DNA from: Perna viridis
Lineage: Eukaryota
Length of the DNA: 64,000 nt
Reading direction: 5' to 3'
Assembly: GCA_037379345.1 (NCBI GenBank)
Contig: CM074524.1
Span: 32,621,644 to 32,685,643 of the forward strand
Under the pieces are notes generated by a model, which had not been told where the DNA came from, made no database searches, and saw nothing but the letters and a program-made list of their open reading frames with translations. Positions 63,608 to 64,000 of the stretch are shown piece after piece. Positions within the stretch are counted from its first letter, which is position 1. Each line of letters begins with the position of its first letter. A program made the translations under genes and the position numbers.

Positions 63608-63814
63608 TACTGTGAAAGTACTATTGTTCATGGGGTACCATTTTTTTGTGGTTGTGTCTGGTAAACCACAAAATTTGGTTCCCAACAAAAGAAGAAATTT
63701 CTCATTTGTTTGTGTGACAGAGTTTGTAATCCATGTATTCAAGAATCCATGAACTGATGTTTTTTCTCTAAACCATGAAAATTGGTAGCCACGAATAAAA
63801 GTACCTTCACAGTA
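63608..63814. mobile_element. MITE with TA TSD (same family as 33-242), nested in a HINE-like element
   Basis: TA-CTGTGAAAGTACT...AAGTACCTTCACAG-TA; the empty site is visible in the paralogous host copy near 54130. Confidence 0.85.
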
Positions 63815-64000
63815 TCTGATATCAACTATGTTACATGGGACTTTCATTATGTTGAATAATTAGGAAAATTTTCATCACAAAAATCTCAGATCCTATTGGA
63901 TGAATTAATTTCAAATTAAGTGTGTGACTTTAAATAGATGAGCCAAACACTGTAAGTGATTTTGGTTGCTTTCTGATATTAACTTCCTGTATGAGTGGGG

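Overview
This is AT-rich animal genomic DNA, not prokaryotic: it has GT-AG introns, a 150-N assembly gap and a repeat content typical of a bivalve mollusc or similar invertebrate (inferred). All genes are on the + strand. (1) 394-3828 holds the last four exons of an ankyrin-repeat gene. (2) 8578-9525 and 14264-14887 are two tandem paralogous genes, each with one coding exon, that I cannot assign to a named family. They share a GYxCVCGGHD N-terminal motif, YRTTYxDx[YF] motifs resembling the Mn motif of microtubule inner proteins, Cys clusters and RFX X-box-like promoter elements. (3) From 19096 to beyond the window end lies a large ERICH3 (glutamate-rich protein 3, DUF4590) orthologue. It has an apparently duplicated exon 4 and several alternative last exons, one a 9.8-kb repeat-rich giant exon giving a protein of about 3,760 aa. 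The introns and intergenic DNA contain 3' fragments of a Penelope-like retroelement, MITEs with visible target-site duplications, Helentron/HINE-like elements, palindromic elements and minisatellites. I found no rRNA, tRNA or CRISPR array. Exon models come from hand-read splice sites and frame continuity, without transcript evidence.
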